In this document: positions 10,141 through 20,244 of the stretch, in pieces
How the letters are laid out: the number at the start of each line of letters is the position of its first letter
Position numbering within the stretch: position 1 is the first letter of the stretch
Notes under the pieces: model-generated
Database searches by the model: none
The model's input: the letters and a program-made list of their open reading frames with translations, nothing else
What the model was told of the DNA's origin: nothing
Position numbers and translations under genes: made by a program
From: Actinomycetota bacterium
Lineage (GTDB): Bacteria; Actinomycetota; Acidimicrobiia; Acidimicrobiales; Ilumatobacteraceae
DNA: 64,000 bases
Direction of reading: 5' to 3'
NCBI GenBank assembly: GCA_963169215.1
Contig: CAUJEE010000124.1
Span: 523-64,522 of the forward strand

Positions 10141-11577
10141 TCAGGCCAGCTTCTCGACGAAGCCTTCCAGCTGGCGCAGGTTGCGGCACTCGTACACACC
10201 GTCGGTGTGCGCGCCGTAGTCGTTGACGATCGAGTCGCCGGTGTTCCAATAGCTCCGCGGCTCGGGGTTGAGCCAGTACACATGGCGGGCCTTGTGGCGC
10301 ATCTCCTTCACCACCCACGACTGGCTGGCGTGATAGTTGTTGCGCGCGTCACCGAGCAACAACACGGTGGTCTTCGGGCCAACGTCCTTCCCGAAGCGCT
10401 CCCAGAACACCTCGAAGGCATGGCCGTAGTCGCTGTGCCCGTCGACCCACACCACGTCGGCCTCGGTGTTGACGCGGTGGATGGCATTGGCCAGGTCTTC
10501 CTCGCCACGGAAGAAGTCGGTGACCTCATCGACCCCGTCGATGAACACGAACGAGCGCACCTTGGAGAACTGTCCCTGGATCGCGTACACGAGCATCAAC
10601 GTGAAGCGGGCGAAAGCGGCGACCGAGCCGCTGATGTCGGCCAGCACCATCAACTCCGGCTTGGCCGGGCGCGGGTACTTGAACTTCGGCTCGGCGGGCA
10701 CCCCGCCGTACGACAGCGAATGGCGCACGGTGCTGCGGAAGTCGAGCGGGCCACGACGCCCGTGCCGGCGCTTGCGGGCGAGGCGCGCGGCGAGTTTCCT
10801 GGTGAGCGGCTGCAGCGCCTTCTTCAGGTTCACCATCTCGTCGCGTGAGGCGTGCATGAACTCGACGTCCTCGGGCAGTGGCTTGCGCAGTGTCTTGGCC
10901 ATCGCCTCGGCACCGCGGTCGGCCACCAACCGGCGGCGGATCTCGGCCTCGATCTCCTGCTTGAACTTCTCGATGCGATCGTCGTACTCGTCGCGCTCGA
11001 GGCGCTCCTCCAACTCGGTGAGCTCGCCACCCACTTGTTGGCGACTGGCGTCCAACAGCTTCTCGAGCATGCCCTCGAGGTCGAGGTTGCGCAGCGTGCG
11101 GTACAGGTAGTAGGTGCCTCCCACCGGACGCCCCGGCTCCATGCCTGCGAAGCGCTGCACCGACTGGCGGGCAAGGGCGCGCATCATCGCCTGATCGCCG
11201 TTGAGCAGCGCCTGCATCAGCAGTTGCGCGATCTCCTCGGGGGTGAGCGCATCCATCGCCCCACCCTGGGTGGCCTGGCTCTGGCCCTGGCTCAGCTGCT
11301 CTTGCATCTCGCGCCACATCGCGTCGAGTTCGCTCTCGTCCTCGACCAGCTTGTACTGCGGCCCGCGCAGGCTGAAGTACACCTCGAACACCGTCTCGAA
11401 GGCGCGCCAGTGGGCGTTGTTCTTCACCAGCGTGGCCCCGAGCGCGTACTTGAACGCCTCGCGATCCTCGATCGGGATGTGCTGCACCGCCTCCATCGCG
11501 TCGAGGTTCTCGGTGAGCGACACCGGCAGACCGGCGGCGCGCAACTCGTTGACGAACCCGGCGAGCAGCTCGAGCAC
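10141..11577 (-). CDS. vWA-domain protein (CoxE-like partner of a MoxR ATPase)
   Basis: GTG 11577 lies just after the ATPase stop. N-terminus is VLELLAGFVNELRAAGLPVS. The C-terminal vWA domain has a MIDAS-like LADISGS. Confidence 0.8.
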   Translation of the reverse strand: MLELLAGFVNELRAAGLPVSLTENLDAMEAVQHIPIEDREAFKYALGATLVKNNAHWRAFETVFEVYFSLRGPQYKLVEDESELDAMWREMQEQLSQGQSQATQGGAMDALTPEEIAQLLMQALLNGDQAMMRALARQSVQRFAGMEPGRPVGGTYYLYRTLRNLDLEGMLEKLLDASRQQVGGELTELEERLERDEYDDRIEKFKQEIEAEIRRRLVADRGAEAMAKTLRKPLPEDVEFMHASRDEMVNLKKALQPLTRKLAARLARKRRHGRRGPLDFRSTVRHSLSYGGVPAEPKFKYPRPAKPELMVLADISGSVAAFARFTLMLVYAIQGQFSKVRSFVFIDGVDEVTDFFRGEEDLANAIHRVNTEADVVWVDGHSDYGHAFEVFWERFGKDVGPKTTVLLLGDARNNYHASQSWVVKEMRHKARHVYWLNPEPRSYWNTGDSIVNDYGAHTDGVYECRNLRQLEGFVEKLA

Positions 11578-11585
11578 GGTACGCC

Positions 11586-12452
11586 CTACTTGGTCGCCGA
11601 CAGCTCTTTGGCCGCCTTGGCGATGTCGGTCTGGTACTTGAGCAGGATGTGCAGCGTTTCTTTGGCCTGCTGGGCGTCGATGTGCTCGATCCCGAGCAGC
11701 ACCAGAGTGCGCGCCCAGTCGATCGTCTCGCTCACACTCGGCGCCTTCTTCAGGTCGAGCTGGCGGATGCTGCGCACGATGCGGGCGATCTGGTCGGCGA
11801 GGTTGTCGCTCACCTCGGGCACCTTGGTGAGCACGATCTGCTTCTCGCGGTCCATGTCGGGGTAGTCGACGTGCAGGTAGAGGCAACGGCGCTTGAGCGC
11901 CTCGCTCAGCTCGCGGGTGTTGTTGGAGGTGAGGAACACCAGCGGGATCTGCTTGGCAGTGATCGTGCCCAGCTCGGGGATCGACACCTGGTACTCGGAG
12001 AGGATCTCCAGCAGCAGCGCTTCTGTCTCGACCTCGACACGGTCGACCTCGTCGATCAACAGCACCACCGGGTCGTCGGCGCTGATCGCTTCCAGCAGCG
12101 GCCGGGTGAGCAGGAACTCGTCGCTGAAGATGTCATCGTGCACCTCGCTCCACGAGTCGCTCGCCCTGTCGGCTTGGATGCGCAGCAACTGCTTCTTGTA
12201 GTTCCACTCGTACAGCGCCTTCGACTCGTCGAGCCCCTCGTAACACTGCAGACGGATGAGCCGCGCGCCGGTGACCTCGGCGATGCTCTTGGCCAACTGC
12301 GTCTTGCCGGTGCCTGCCGGCCCCTCCACCAGCACCGGCTTGCCCAACCGGTCGGCGAGGAAGGCGACGCCGGCAATACCGTCGTCGGCCAGGTAGTGGA
12401 CGTCGCGCAGCCCGTCGCGGACCTGCTGGACGCTCTCGAAACGATGAGCCAT
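11586..12452 (-). CDS. MoxR/CoxD-type AAA+ ATPase
   Basis: Walker A GPAGTGKT and Walker B LLIDEVD. ATG 12452 (MAHRFES...) was preferred over the ORF-track start at 12524. Confidence 0.85.
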   Translation of the reverse strand: MAHRFESVQQVRDGLRDVHYLADDGIAGVAFLADRLGKPVLVEGPAGTGKTQLAKSIAEVTGARLIRLQCYEGLDESKALYEWNYKKQLLRIQADRASDSWSEVHDDIFSDEFLLTRPLLEAISADDPVVLLIDEVDRVEVETEALLLEILSEYQVSIPELGTITAKQIPLVFLTSNNTRELSEALKRRCLYLHVDYPDMDREKQIVLTKVPEVSDNLADQIARIVRSIRQLDLKKAPSVSETIDWARTLVLLGIEHIDAQQAKETLHILLKYQTDIAKAAKELSATK

Positions 12453-12554
12453 GCCGGGCACGCTATCGGTGGTGACGCGGCCGCATTCAATCGTGTCACC
12501 TGCGCGCCACGTGCCTCCGGGCACGACCGGTGGCTGGGGTACCCTTCACCCGTC

Positions 12555-14126
12555 GTGAGTGGCCTGTTGAAGTCGAACCTTGCCGTCGCCACCGGCACGG
12601 CGATGTCACGCATCACCGGGCTGGTGCGGGTGGCAGTGCTGGGGGCGGTACTCGGCGCCCCCAGTGCCCTGGCCGACGCCTACGACCTGGCCAACGGCAC
12701 GCCGAACATGATCTACGAACTGCTGGTGGGCGGCATCCTCAGCTCCAGCCTGGTGCCACTGTTCACCCGCCTGCACGAAGAACGCGACCGCGAGGGCACC
12801 AGTGCGGTGGTGACAGTGATGCTGATCGTCATCGCGGTCGTCACCGCGGCAGCGGTGCTGGCCGCGCCGCTGGTCTTCCGCCTCTACTCGCTGCTCACCT
12901 CGGCTGAAGTCGACGCCGGCCAGTACCGCGCCGTCGGCACACTGCTCACCCGCATCTTCCTCGTGCAGATCTTCTTCTACGGGCTCAACGCGCTGGCCAC
13001 GGCCTTGCTCAACTCGCGCAACCGCTTCTTCGCCGCAGCTTGGGTGCCCGCGCTGGCCAACGTGGTGACGATCGGGTCGCTGTTCCTGGTGGCAGGCGCG
13101 GCCGGGCACTCGCACCCGACGCTCGCCGACGTGCTCGACAACAGTCGCCTGCGCTGGGTGCTCGGTGGTGGGGCCACGATCGGCATCGTGGTGATGGCCG
13201 TCGCCTTGCTGCCCTCGCTGGCGGCAGCACGTGTGCGCCTGCGTTTCAAGCCCGACTTCCGTCATCCGGCGGTCAAGCGGCTGCGCTCGCTGTCGGGGTG
13301 GGCGCTCGGTTTCGTGGTCGCCAATCAGGTGGCCATCGTCGTCGTGCGCAACCTGCTGCGCGGCGGCAGTGGCTCGGTGTTCTCCTACTCGCGGGCATAT
13401 CTGTGGTTCGTCCTCCCCCACGGGCTGCTGGCCGTGTCGATCGCCACCACCTTCCTGCCCGACATGACCAGGTCGATCACGCGCAAGGACAAAGAGCAGA
13501 TGATTCGCCAGTCGGCACTGGGTGTGCGGCTGATAGCGCTGGTGACGATGCCCGCTGCCTTCGGGCTGTTCGTGCTCCGCCGCCCGATCATCGGCGCGGC
13601 TTTCGAGCACGGTGGAGTCACGCCCGCCGACGCGCTGGAGACCTCACGCGCGCTGGCCGGCTTCGCGCTCGGCCTGGCCGGATTCTCCGTCTACCTGTTC
13701 GTGATCCGTGTGTTCTACGCGCATCAGGATGCTCGCAGCCCGTTCATGATCAACCTTGTCGAGAACGCAATCAACATCGCCCTGGCGGTGGTGCTCGCCG
13801 ACCGCTTCGGTGTGCTCGGCCTCGGCGCGGCCTTCGCCGCGGCGTACGTCGTGTCGGCGCTGTGGAGCCTGCAGGTTCTGTCGTACAAGGTGCCCGGCTA
13901 CCCGCTGCGGCACACCTTCGCCGGGTTGTACCGCATGTTCCTCGCCGCGGCGATCATGGCCCAAGCGGTGTGGCTGGTGGCCCGCCTGGTGGGCGGCAAC
14001 ACGGGCATTGATGCTTTGCTGCGCATCGGCGTGGGCACGGCCACCGGGATCGTCGTCTACCTGTGCGTGCTGCTCGCGATGCGCGCCCCGGAAGTCGGCG
14101 AATTACGCAGCCGCCTGGGGCGCTAG
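12555..14126 (+). CDS. murJ: Lipid II flippase MurJ/MviN
   Basis: GTG 12555 gives VSGLLKSNLAVATGTAMSRITGL, a typical MurJ N-terminus. The protein is polytopic throughout. Confidence 0.85.
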   Translation: MSGLLKSNLAVATGTAMSRITGLVRVAVLGAVLGAPSALADAYDLANGTPNMIYELLVGGILSSSLVPLFTRLHEERDREGTSAVVTVMLIVIAVVTAAAVLAAPLVFRLYSLLTSAEVDAGQYRAVGTLLTRIFLVQIFFYGLNALATALLNSRNRFFAAAWVPALANVVTIGSLFLVAGAAGHSHPTLADVLDNSRLRWVLGGGATIGIVVMAVALLPSLAAARVRLRFKPDFRHPAVKRLRSLSGWALGFVVANQVAIVVVRNLLRGGSGSVFSYSRAYLWFVLPHGLLAVSIATTFLPDMTRSITRKDKEQMIRQSALGVRLIALVTMPAAFGLFVLRRPIIGAAFEHGGVTPADALETSRALAGFALGLAGFSVYLFVIRVFYAHQDARSPFMINLVENAINIALAVVLADRFGVLGLGAAFAAAYVVSALWSLQVLSYKVPGYPLRHTFAGLYRMFLAAAIMAQAVWLVARLVGGNTGIDALLRIGVGTATGIVVYLCVLLAMRAPEVGELRSRLGR

Positions 14127-15217
14127 ACGAGCACGAGCAGGTCGTCGCGGTGGATCGCCTCGTGGGCCACGCCTGCGGGCAGGTCGGGCGAGCGGCGGCC
14201 CCTCACCTCGCGCAACTGCCCGGCGTCGATGAGGGCGATGCCGCGGGCAATGGCCGCGCCGCTCGCGTCGCGCACCTCCACCACGTCACCCTCCTCGAAT
14301 TCACCGTCGACCGCGACAATGCCGGCGGGCAACAGCGAGGTGCCGCGCTCGAGCAGCGCTCGCCGTGCGCCGTCGTCGACCACCACCGCCCCCTCGATGT
14401 TGGTGGCGAAGCCGATCCACAGCTTGCGCGCCGGCAGGTTGCGGCTGCTGGCCAGGAAGGTGGTACCCACCGAACGACCGGCGACGGCGTCGACCAGCAC
14501 GTTCGGCCGGGAGGCCTTGGCGATCACTGCCTGAACGCCCGACCAGGAAGCCATCCGCGCTGCGGCCAACTTGGAAGCCATCCCGCCGCTGCCGCGTCTG
14601 CTTCCCGAGGTCGTCGCCGCCACCGACAACAGCGGGTCGTCGGCGGCCACCTGCTCGACGAGAGCCGCTGACGGATCGGTGCGCGGATCGGCTGTGTACA
14701 GGCCGGGCGTGTCGGTGAGCAGCACCAGCATGTCGGCCGCGATGTTGTGGGCCACCAGCGTGGCTATGCGGTCGTTGTCGCCGTAGCGGATCTCGTCGCT
14801 GGCGACGGCGTCGTTCTCGTTGACGATCGGGATGCACCCCAACTCGAGCAGGCGCACCAGCGTCTGGCGGGCATGCAGGTACTGGCGGCGATCGACGAAG
14901 TCGTGAGGCACCAGCAACACCTGCGCGGCCACCAACCCGTGACGGGCGAGCGAGCGGTTGTAGGTCTCCATCAGCCGGCTCTGCCCGGCCGCCGAGATCG
15001 CCTGCAGTGTGATGACGTCGGTGGGGCGGCTGGCCAGCCCGAGCGCGGCCACCCCGGCTGACACCGCGCCGCTGCTGACCAGCACCACTTCGTGGCCCGC
15101 GGTACGCAGCGCAGCCAGTTGATCGCACACTGCGTCGATCACGGTGGTGTCGATGACGCCCAGTTGATCGGTGAGCGAGGAAGTGCCGATCTTGGCGACG
15201 ACGCGCACGTCAGACAT
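14123..15217 (-). CDS. proB: Glutamate 5-kinase
   Basis: MSDVRVVAKIGTSSLT, an amino-acid kinase fold, and a C-terminal PUA-like part. Its stop shares CTAG with the murJ stop. Confidence 0.9.
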   Translation of the reverse strand: MSDVRVVAKIGTSSLTDQLGVIDTTVIDAVCDQLAALRTAGHEVVLVSSGAVSAGVAALGLASRPTDVITLQAISAAGQSRLMETYNRSLARHGLVAAQVLLVPHDFVDRRQYLHARQTLVRLLELGCIPIVNENDAVASDEIRYGDNDRIATLVAHNIAADMLVLLTDTPGLYTADPRTDPSAALVEQVAADDPLLSVAATTSGSRRGSGGMASKLAAARMASWSGVQAVIAKASRPNVLVDAVAGRSVGTTFLASSRNLPARKLWIGFATNIEGAVVVDDGARRALLERGTSLLPAGIVAVDGEFEEGDVVEVRDASGAAIARGIALIDAGQLREVRGRRSPDLPAGVAHEAIHRDDLLVLV

Positions 15218-16445
15218 CCTCGTGGTATTCGAAGCTGAAGTCGGCGATCCACACCACGTCGCCGTCGGCCGCGCCGGCGCGGGTGAGCAGGCGGGGTACA
15301 CCGAGGCGCTTGAGCTGGTAGTCGATGTACGACAGTGCCTCCGGCGTAGACACGTCGTTCAGCGCGACGACGCGCTCGACCTGACGACCGACGAGGCGGA
15401 ACTCGCGATCGCCGAGGCGTTCGACGCGGGCCCCCTCCGCCTGCGGACGAATGATCACGATGCCCTCGTCCACCGGTTGTTCGGAGCGTGCTCCGGCCAC
15501 CAGCCGGGCCATCCGCCCCACCAACTCGCGCACACCCTGGTTGGTGACGGCAGAGATCTGCTCGCCGTCCCAGTCGTACACCGCCGAATCGCTCTTGGTA
15601 CCAACCACCAGACGCGGCCGGTCGAGCAGCTCCGGCCGGTAGCGCTCTAGCTCGCGCAACAGCACGTCCTGCTGTTCCTGCGGCGACACACCGTCGATCG
15701 CGGCCAGGTCGACCATGATGCACATCACCCGCGCCCGCTCGATGTGACGCAGGAAGCGATGGCCCAGCCCCTTGCCCTCGCTGGCCCCCTCGATCAGGCC
15801 GGGGATGTCGGCGACGACGAACTCGGCGTCGTCGAGGCGCACCACCCCGAGATGCGGCTCGAGGGTGGTGAACGGGTAGTCGGCGATCTTCGGTTTGGCG
15901 GCGCTGATGACGCTGATCAGCGTGCTCTTGCCGACGTTGGGGAACCCCACCAGGGCGACATCGGCCATCAGCTTCAGTTCGAGCTTGAGCCACTGCTCCT
16001 CGCCGTGCTCGCCCTGCTCGGCGAAGGTGGGGGCGCGGCGGCGGTTGGAGAGAAACTTGGCGTTGCCCCGCCCGCCACGCCCGCCGGCCGCGGCCATCCA
16101 ACGGTCGCCGTGGTTGGCCAGGTCGGCGTACAACTCGCCGGTGTACATGTTGGTGACGACCGTGCCCTCCGGCACGAACACCTCCAGGTCGGCACCACGC
16201 TTGCCGTGCTGATCCTTACCCGATCCGTGGGTGCCGTCGGCCGCCCGGCGGTGCGGGTGATCGCGGAACGCGAGCAGTGAGGCCACGTTGCGAGTGGCAA
16301 CCAGCCACACGTCACCACCCTTGCCCCCATCGCCACCGTTTGGTCCGCCGAAGGCCACCGGGCCTTCGCGGCGGAACGACACGCAGCCGGCACCGCCGTC
16401 GCCACCGCGCACGTTCAGTTGGGCCTCGTCGACGAACCCGCTCAT
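15210..16445 (-). CDS. obg: GTPase Obg/CgtA
   Basis: MSGFVDEAQLNVRGGDGGAGCVSFRRE, then G motifs GFPNVGKST, DIPGLIEGAS and TKSD. ATG 16445. Confidence 0.92.
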   Translation of the reverse strand: MSGFVDEAQLNVRGGDGGAGCVSFRREGPVAFGGPNGGDGGKGGDVWLVATRNVASLLAFRDHPHRRAADGTHGSGKDQHGKRGADLEVFVPEGTVVTNMYTGELYADLANHGDRWMAAAGGRGGRGNAKFLSNRRRAPTFAEQGEHGEEQWLKLELKLMADVALVGFPNVGKSTLISVISAAKPKIADYPFTTLEPHLGVVRLDDAEFVVADIPGLIEGASEGKGLGHRFLRHIERARVMCIMVDLAAIDGVSPQEQQDVLLRELERYRPELLDRPRLVVGTKSDSAVYDWDGEQISAVTNQGVRELVGRMARLVAGARSEQPVDEGIVIIRPQAEGARVERLGDREFRLVGRQVERVVALNDVSTPEALSYIDYQLKRLGVPRLLTRAGAADGDVVWIADFSFEYHEDV

Positions 16446-16502
16446 AGGTCTAACGAGGCTACCGCCGCGCCTGCGGTGAGGATCACGGGTACCCTCGCAG
16501 CG

Positions 16503-17633
16503 ATGGGTGGTACGCACGAGCACGAGCCAGACGCGAGGCCACGTACGGAGGTATGGGTAGGCACGATGGCCGGGGCGCCCGCCGCCGAGGGAGTGGTTCA
16601 CGCTCACCGCAACGCTCCTCCTCCGCCCGTGGCCCCTGCGCTGCGCGAGCGCGGGGCCCGCGAGGACAGCGAGGACGCGCTGCTCACCGCCGGGGCGACG
16701 CGAGCACGCGGGGCGGGAAGGCGGGCGATCGACGAGCAGCCCGATCCGCTGCGCACGTGCTTCGAACGCGACCGCGATCGCATCCTCCATGCCGCCGCCT
16801 TCCGCCGGCTGGCGGGCAAGACGCAGGTGTTCGTGTTCCCGGCCGACCATCAGCGCACACGTCTCACCCACGCGCTGGAAGTCGCACAGGTGGCCACCGC
16901 CATCGCCCGTGCCACCGGTCTGAACGTCACCCTCACCGAGGCGATCGCCCTCGGTCACGACTGCGGCCACGGTCCCGGCGGGCACGCCAGCGAGGACGCG
17001 TTCGACCTGTACATCCCCGAGGGCTACAACCACGCGATCTGGGGTGCCGACGTGGTGCTCGCCCCACTCAACCTGTGCCTGGAGACGCTCGACGGCATCC
17101 GCAACCACTCGTGGTCGCTACCCACCCCGTCGACCCCGGAGGGCGCGGTGGTGAGCTGGGCCGACCGCATCGCCTACAGCTGCCACGACCTCGAGGATGC
17201 AGTGCATGCCGGCATCGTCGGCGTCGACGATCTCCCCGACGAAGTGGTGGCCACGCTCGGCACCACCAGGGCCAGCCAGCTCGGCCGCTTGATCGGCGCG
17301 GTCGTGGGCTGCATCGCCGAGCGGGGTGTGGTGGGGATGGACGCCACCACCGCCGCCGCCCTGGCCGCGCTGCGGCGCTTCAACTACGACCGCATCTACA
17401 TGCGCGCCGAGTCGGTCGCACAGGGCGAGGCGGTGATCAGGGTGTTGCGCGCGCTGGTCGAGTTCTATGCCGCCGGCCCGCAGGCGTTGCCCGAGCAGGC
17501 ACGCGGCGACGACCCCGTGCGCGACGCGGTCACCTACGTGGCCGGGATGACCGACCGCTTCGCCTTCGAGCGGGCGACGCAGCTACTCGACTGGCCCCAC
17601 GACCAGCTCCCCAAAGGAATCGACCGCGCCTAG
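16503..17633 (+). CDS. dgt: dGTPase-like HD-domain triphosphohydrolase
   Basis: Motifs: FERDRDRILH, RTRLTHALEVAQV, GHDCGHGPGGHA. The start is uncertain (16503 or 16566); 16419 would overlap the divergent obg start. Confidence 0.8.
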   Translation: MGGTHEHEPDARPRTEVWVGTMAGAPAAEGVVHAHRNAPPPPVAPALRERGAREDSEDALLTAGATRARGAGRRAIDEQPDPLRTCFERDRDRILHAAAFRRLAGKTQVFVFPADHQRTRLTHALEVAQVATAIARATGLNVTLTEAIALGHDCGHGPGGHASEDAFDLYIPEGYNHAIWGADVVLAPLNLCLETLDGIRNHSWSLPTPSTPEGAVVSWADRIAYSCHDLEDAVHAGIVGVDDLPDEVVATLGTTRASQLGRLIGAVVGCIAERGVVGMDATTAAALAALRRFNYDRIYMRAESVAQGEAVIRVLRALVEFYAAGPQALPEQARGDDPVRDAVTYVAGMTDRFAFERATQLLDWPHDQLPKGIDRA

Positions 17634-17657
17634 CGCGCGTACGAGAGAGCCCGAGGC

Positions 17658-17912
17658 TTACGCCGAGGGAAGGACATCGACGACTTTGCGTCCCTTGCGG
17701 TGGCCGAACTGGACGGTGCCCTCGGCGAGCGAGAAGAGCGTGTCGTCGCCACCGATGCCGACGTTCTGGCCGGGGTGGAACTTGGTGCCGCGCTGGCGCA
17801 CGATGATCGTGCCCGCGTTCACCTTGCTGCCGCCGAACACCTTCACGCCGAGGCGTTGGGCGTTGGAGTCGCGGCCGTTGCGGGTTGAACCGCCACCTTT
17901 GGTCTTCGACAT
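17658..17912 (-). CDS. rpmA: 50S ribosomal protein L27
   Basis: [28 protein letters not shown]... Confidence 0.97.
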   Translation of the reverse strand: MSKTKGGGSTRNGRDSNAQRLGVKVFGGSKVNAGTIIVRQRGTKFHPGQNVGIGGDDTLFSLAEGTVQFGHRKGRKVVDVLPSA

Positions 17913-17918
17913 GGTCGC

Positions 17919-18230
17919 TCAGCCCTTCTTGATCGAAGTGATCTCGACGACGTGGTACTTCTGGCGATGGCCGTACCGACGCCGTTGGTTGGTGCGCCGC
18001 TTGTAGGTGAAACCGTCGATCTTCGGGCCGCTGGCCATACCCACCACCTTGGCCTTCACCGAGGCGCCCTTCAGCTGGGCAGGGGTGGCGAGGACGGTGT
18101 CACCGTCGACGACCAGGACCGGGGTGAGCGAAACCTCCTCGCCCTGCTCGGCAGCGAGCAGTTCGACGTGAAGTTGCTGACCCTCGGTGACGCGGGACTG
18201 TTTCCCGCCGGAGGCGATCACGGCATACAT
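17919..18230 (-). CDS. rplU: 50S ribosomal protein L21
   Basis: MYAVIASGGKQSRVTEGQ...KRRTNQRRRYGHRQ. Confidence 0.97.
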   Translation of the reverse strand: MYAVIASGGKQSRVTEGQQLHVELLAAEQGEEVSLTPVLVVDGDTVLATPAQLKGASVKAKVVGMASGPKIDGFTYKRRTNQRRRYGHRQKYHVVEITSIKKG

Positions 18231-18288
18231 AGCGTCCCGATACTAGCGCCCGGCGGCTGCATTCCCACCGTGGGGAATGCCCCGGCGG

Positions 18289-20229
18289 TCACTCGAACAG
18301 GGAGAAATCGACCTGCACGCCGCGCCCCTCGCAGCTGGGGCATTGGTCGGCGAAGTGCACCAGCAGTCCTTCGCCGATGCGCTTGCGGGTCATCTCCACC
18401 AGGCCCAGCTCGCTGATCTCGAACACCTGCGTGCGGGTCTTGTCGCGGGCCAGGGCAGCCCGGAACGCGTCGAGCACCCGACGGCGGTTCTCCTTGATCT
18501 CCATGTCGATGAAGTCGATCACCACGATGCCGCCGATGTCACGCAGGCGCAGCTGCTTGGCCACCTCCTCGGCTGCCTCCAGGTTGTTGCGGAACACGGT
18601 CTCCTCGAGGTTCGTCGAGCCGACGTTCTTGCCGGTGTTGACATCGATCACCGTCAGTGCCTCGGTGTGCTCGATGATCAGCGATCCGCCGCTCGGCAGC
18701 CACACCTTGCGATCGAGGGCCTTCTGCAGCTGCTCGTGGATGTGGAACCGCTCGAACAGGGGCAACCCGTCCTCGGCCGCGTCGTAGTACTCGATGCGGT
18801 CGGCCAGTTCGGGGTTGAAGGCCGCGACGTAGCTGCTCACCTCGCCATGGAGGGCGACATCATCGATCACCACGCCGCGATAGTCGGCGTTGAACTCCTC
18901 GCGGATCACGCGTACCGCGAGCTCGGGCTCGCGGTACAGCAGCGTCGGCCCATTGGCCTTCTTCGCCTTGGCGTCGATCGCGGCCCACTGGTCGAGCAGG
19001 CGAGTCATGTCGGCACGCAACTCGTGTTCGGTGGCATGCTCGGCCGCGGTGCGCACGATCAGCCCATGCTCGGCCGGCTTGACCCGGTCGAGGATGTTGC
19101 GCAGCCGCTTGCGCACGTCGTCGGGCAGGCGCTTGGAGATTCCGTAGGTCTTGCTGTTGGGGATGAGCACGACGAAGCGGCCGGGCAGCGACACCTCCTG
19201 GGTGAGTCGCGCTCCCTTCGCGCCGATCGGATTCTTCGTCACCTGGCACACGATCAGTTGCCGCGAGCGCAGCATCTGTTCGATGCGCGGCTCTTTCACC
19301 TTCTCGACGATGTCCTCCTGCTCGTACTGCACGTCGCCTCGGTACAGCACGGCATTCTTCGGCGTGCCGATGTCGACGAAGGCAGCCTCCATGCCCGGCA
19401 ACACGTTCTGCACCTTGCCGAGATAGATGTTGCCGTGGATCTGGGCCACGTCGTCGGCCGGTCGGCTGACGTAGTGCTCGATCAGGCTGCGCCCTTCGAG
19501 CACGGCCACCTGGGTGAGATTCGGTCGCACCTGCACACACATCAGGTAGCGGCCGAGAGGCCGCCCGTTGCGCTCGCGCCCGCGCCGCCGCTCGAGCACA
19601 TCGGCATCGAGTTCTTCATGCCCCTGCCCCTGACGCTGGCCGCCGGCAGCACCCTTGCCTCCCCGGCCCTTGCCACCGCGGCGGCGCTTCTTCTTCGCCG
19701 GCTCACCCTCGCTGTGCTCGCCACCACCCTGTCCGGCGCGACCTTGCGTATCGCGACGCTCGCCACCGCGGTTGCCTCCGTCGCTTGTGGCCCGCCCGGA
19801 TACGGGGGGAGGTGCCGGGCGGGTGTCGCCGATCTGTGGCCGGCGCACCACCGCGTCGGCCGCGGCGGCAGGCGACGGACGCCCTTCACCGATCCGCTCC
19901 GGAAGCTCCGGCGTGCGCTCGTCGTCGTCCAGTTCGTCGTCGTCGTCCAGTTCGTCGTCGTCGATCTCGCTGTCGGGGTCGGCTCCGTCGGCGCTCGCCC
20001 CACCGCCGCCCGCACCCGGTCGCTTGCGATTGCGCCCTCCGCGCGACCCGCGACGGCGCTTGCGGTTCGCCGGCCGGACCGTGGGCTGGCCGATCTGCTC
20101 GGTGCCGTCATCGACGGTCACGTCGGCGGCGGTACCGTCGACGTTCTGGCCGGCAATGGCGGCGTGGTCAGGCTGAGCACCGTCCGGCGCAGCGGTGTCT
20201 CGGAGAATGTCCTGTCGTGATTCGTCCAC
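18289..20229 (-). CDS. rne: RNase E/G family endoribonuclease with a ~215-aa low-complexity N-terminal extension
   Basis: S1 domain plus catalytic core (GNIYLGKVQNVLPGMEAAFVDIG, VVIDFIDM), with C-terminal CPSCEGRG. The N-terminus is rich in Arg, Gly, Asp and Glu. Confidence 0.9.
   Translation of the reverse strand: MDESRQDILRDTAAPDGAQPDHAAIAGQNVDGTAADVTVDDGTEQIGQPTVRPANRKRRRGSRGGRNRKRPGAGGGGASADGADPDSEIDDDELDDDDELDDDERTPELPERIGEGRPSPAAAADAVVRRPQIGDTRPAPPPVSGRATSDGGNRGGERRDTQGRAGQGGGEHSEGEPAKKKRRRGGKGRGGKGAAGGQRQGQGHEELDADVLERRRGRERNGRPLGRYLMCVQVRPNLTQVAVLEGRSLIEHYVSRPADDVAQIHGNIYLGKVQNVLPGMEAAFVDIGTPKNAVLYRGDVQYEQEDIVEKVKEPRIEQMLRSRQLIVCQVTKNPIGAKGARLTQEVSLPGRFVVLIPNSKTYGISKRLPDDVRKRLRNILDRVKPAEHGLIVRTAAEHATEHELRADMTRLLDQWAAIDAKAKKANGPTLLYREPELAVRVIREEFNADYRGVVIDDVALHGEVSSYVAAFNPELADRIEYYDAAEDGLPLFERFHIHEQLQKALDRKVWLPSGGSLIIEHTEALTVIDVNTGKNVGSTNLEETVFRNNLEAAEEVAKQLRLRDIGGIVVIDFIDMEIKENRRRVLDAFRAALARDKTRTQVFEISELGLVEMTRKRIGEGLLVHFADQCPSCEGRGVQVDFSLFE
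19919..19963 (-). repeat. In-frame imperfect tandem repeat (15-18 nt units) encoding DDDELDDDDELDDDE in the RNase E N-terminal tail
   Basis: The plus strand reads cgtcgtcgtccagtt / cgtcgtcgtcgtccagtt / cgtcgtcgtcg. Confidence 0.7.
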
Positions 20230-20244
20230 TTGCTTCGTCCCTTC

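Noticed and set aside
15210-17108. The 632-aa version of the obg ORF, and the 16419 start of dgt.
   Set aside because: The N-terminal 221 codons are low-complexity and overlap the divergent dgt gene. The canonical Obg N-terminus MSGFVDEA begins at 16445.
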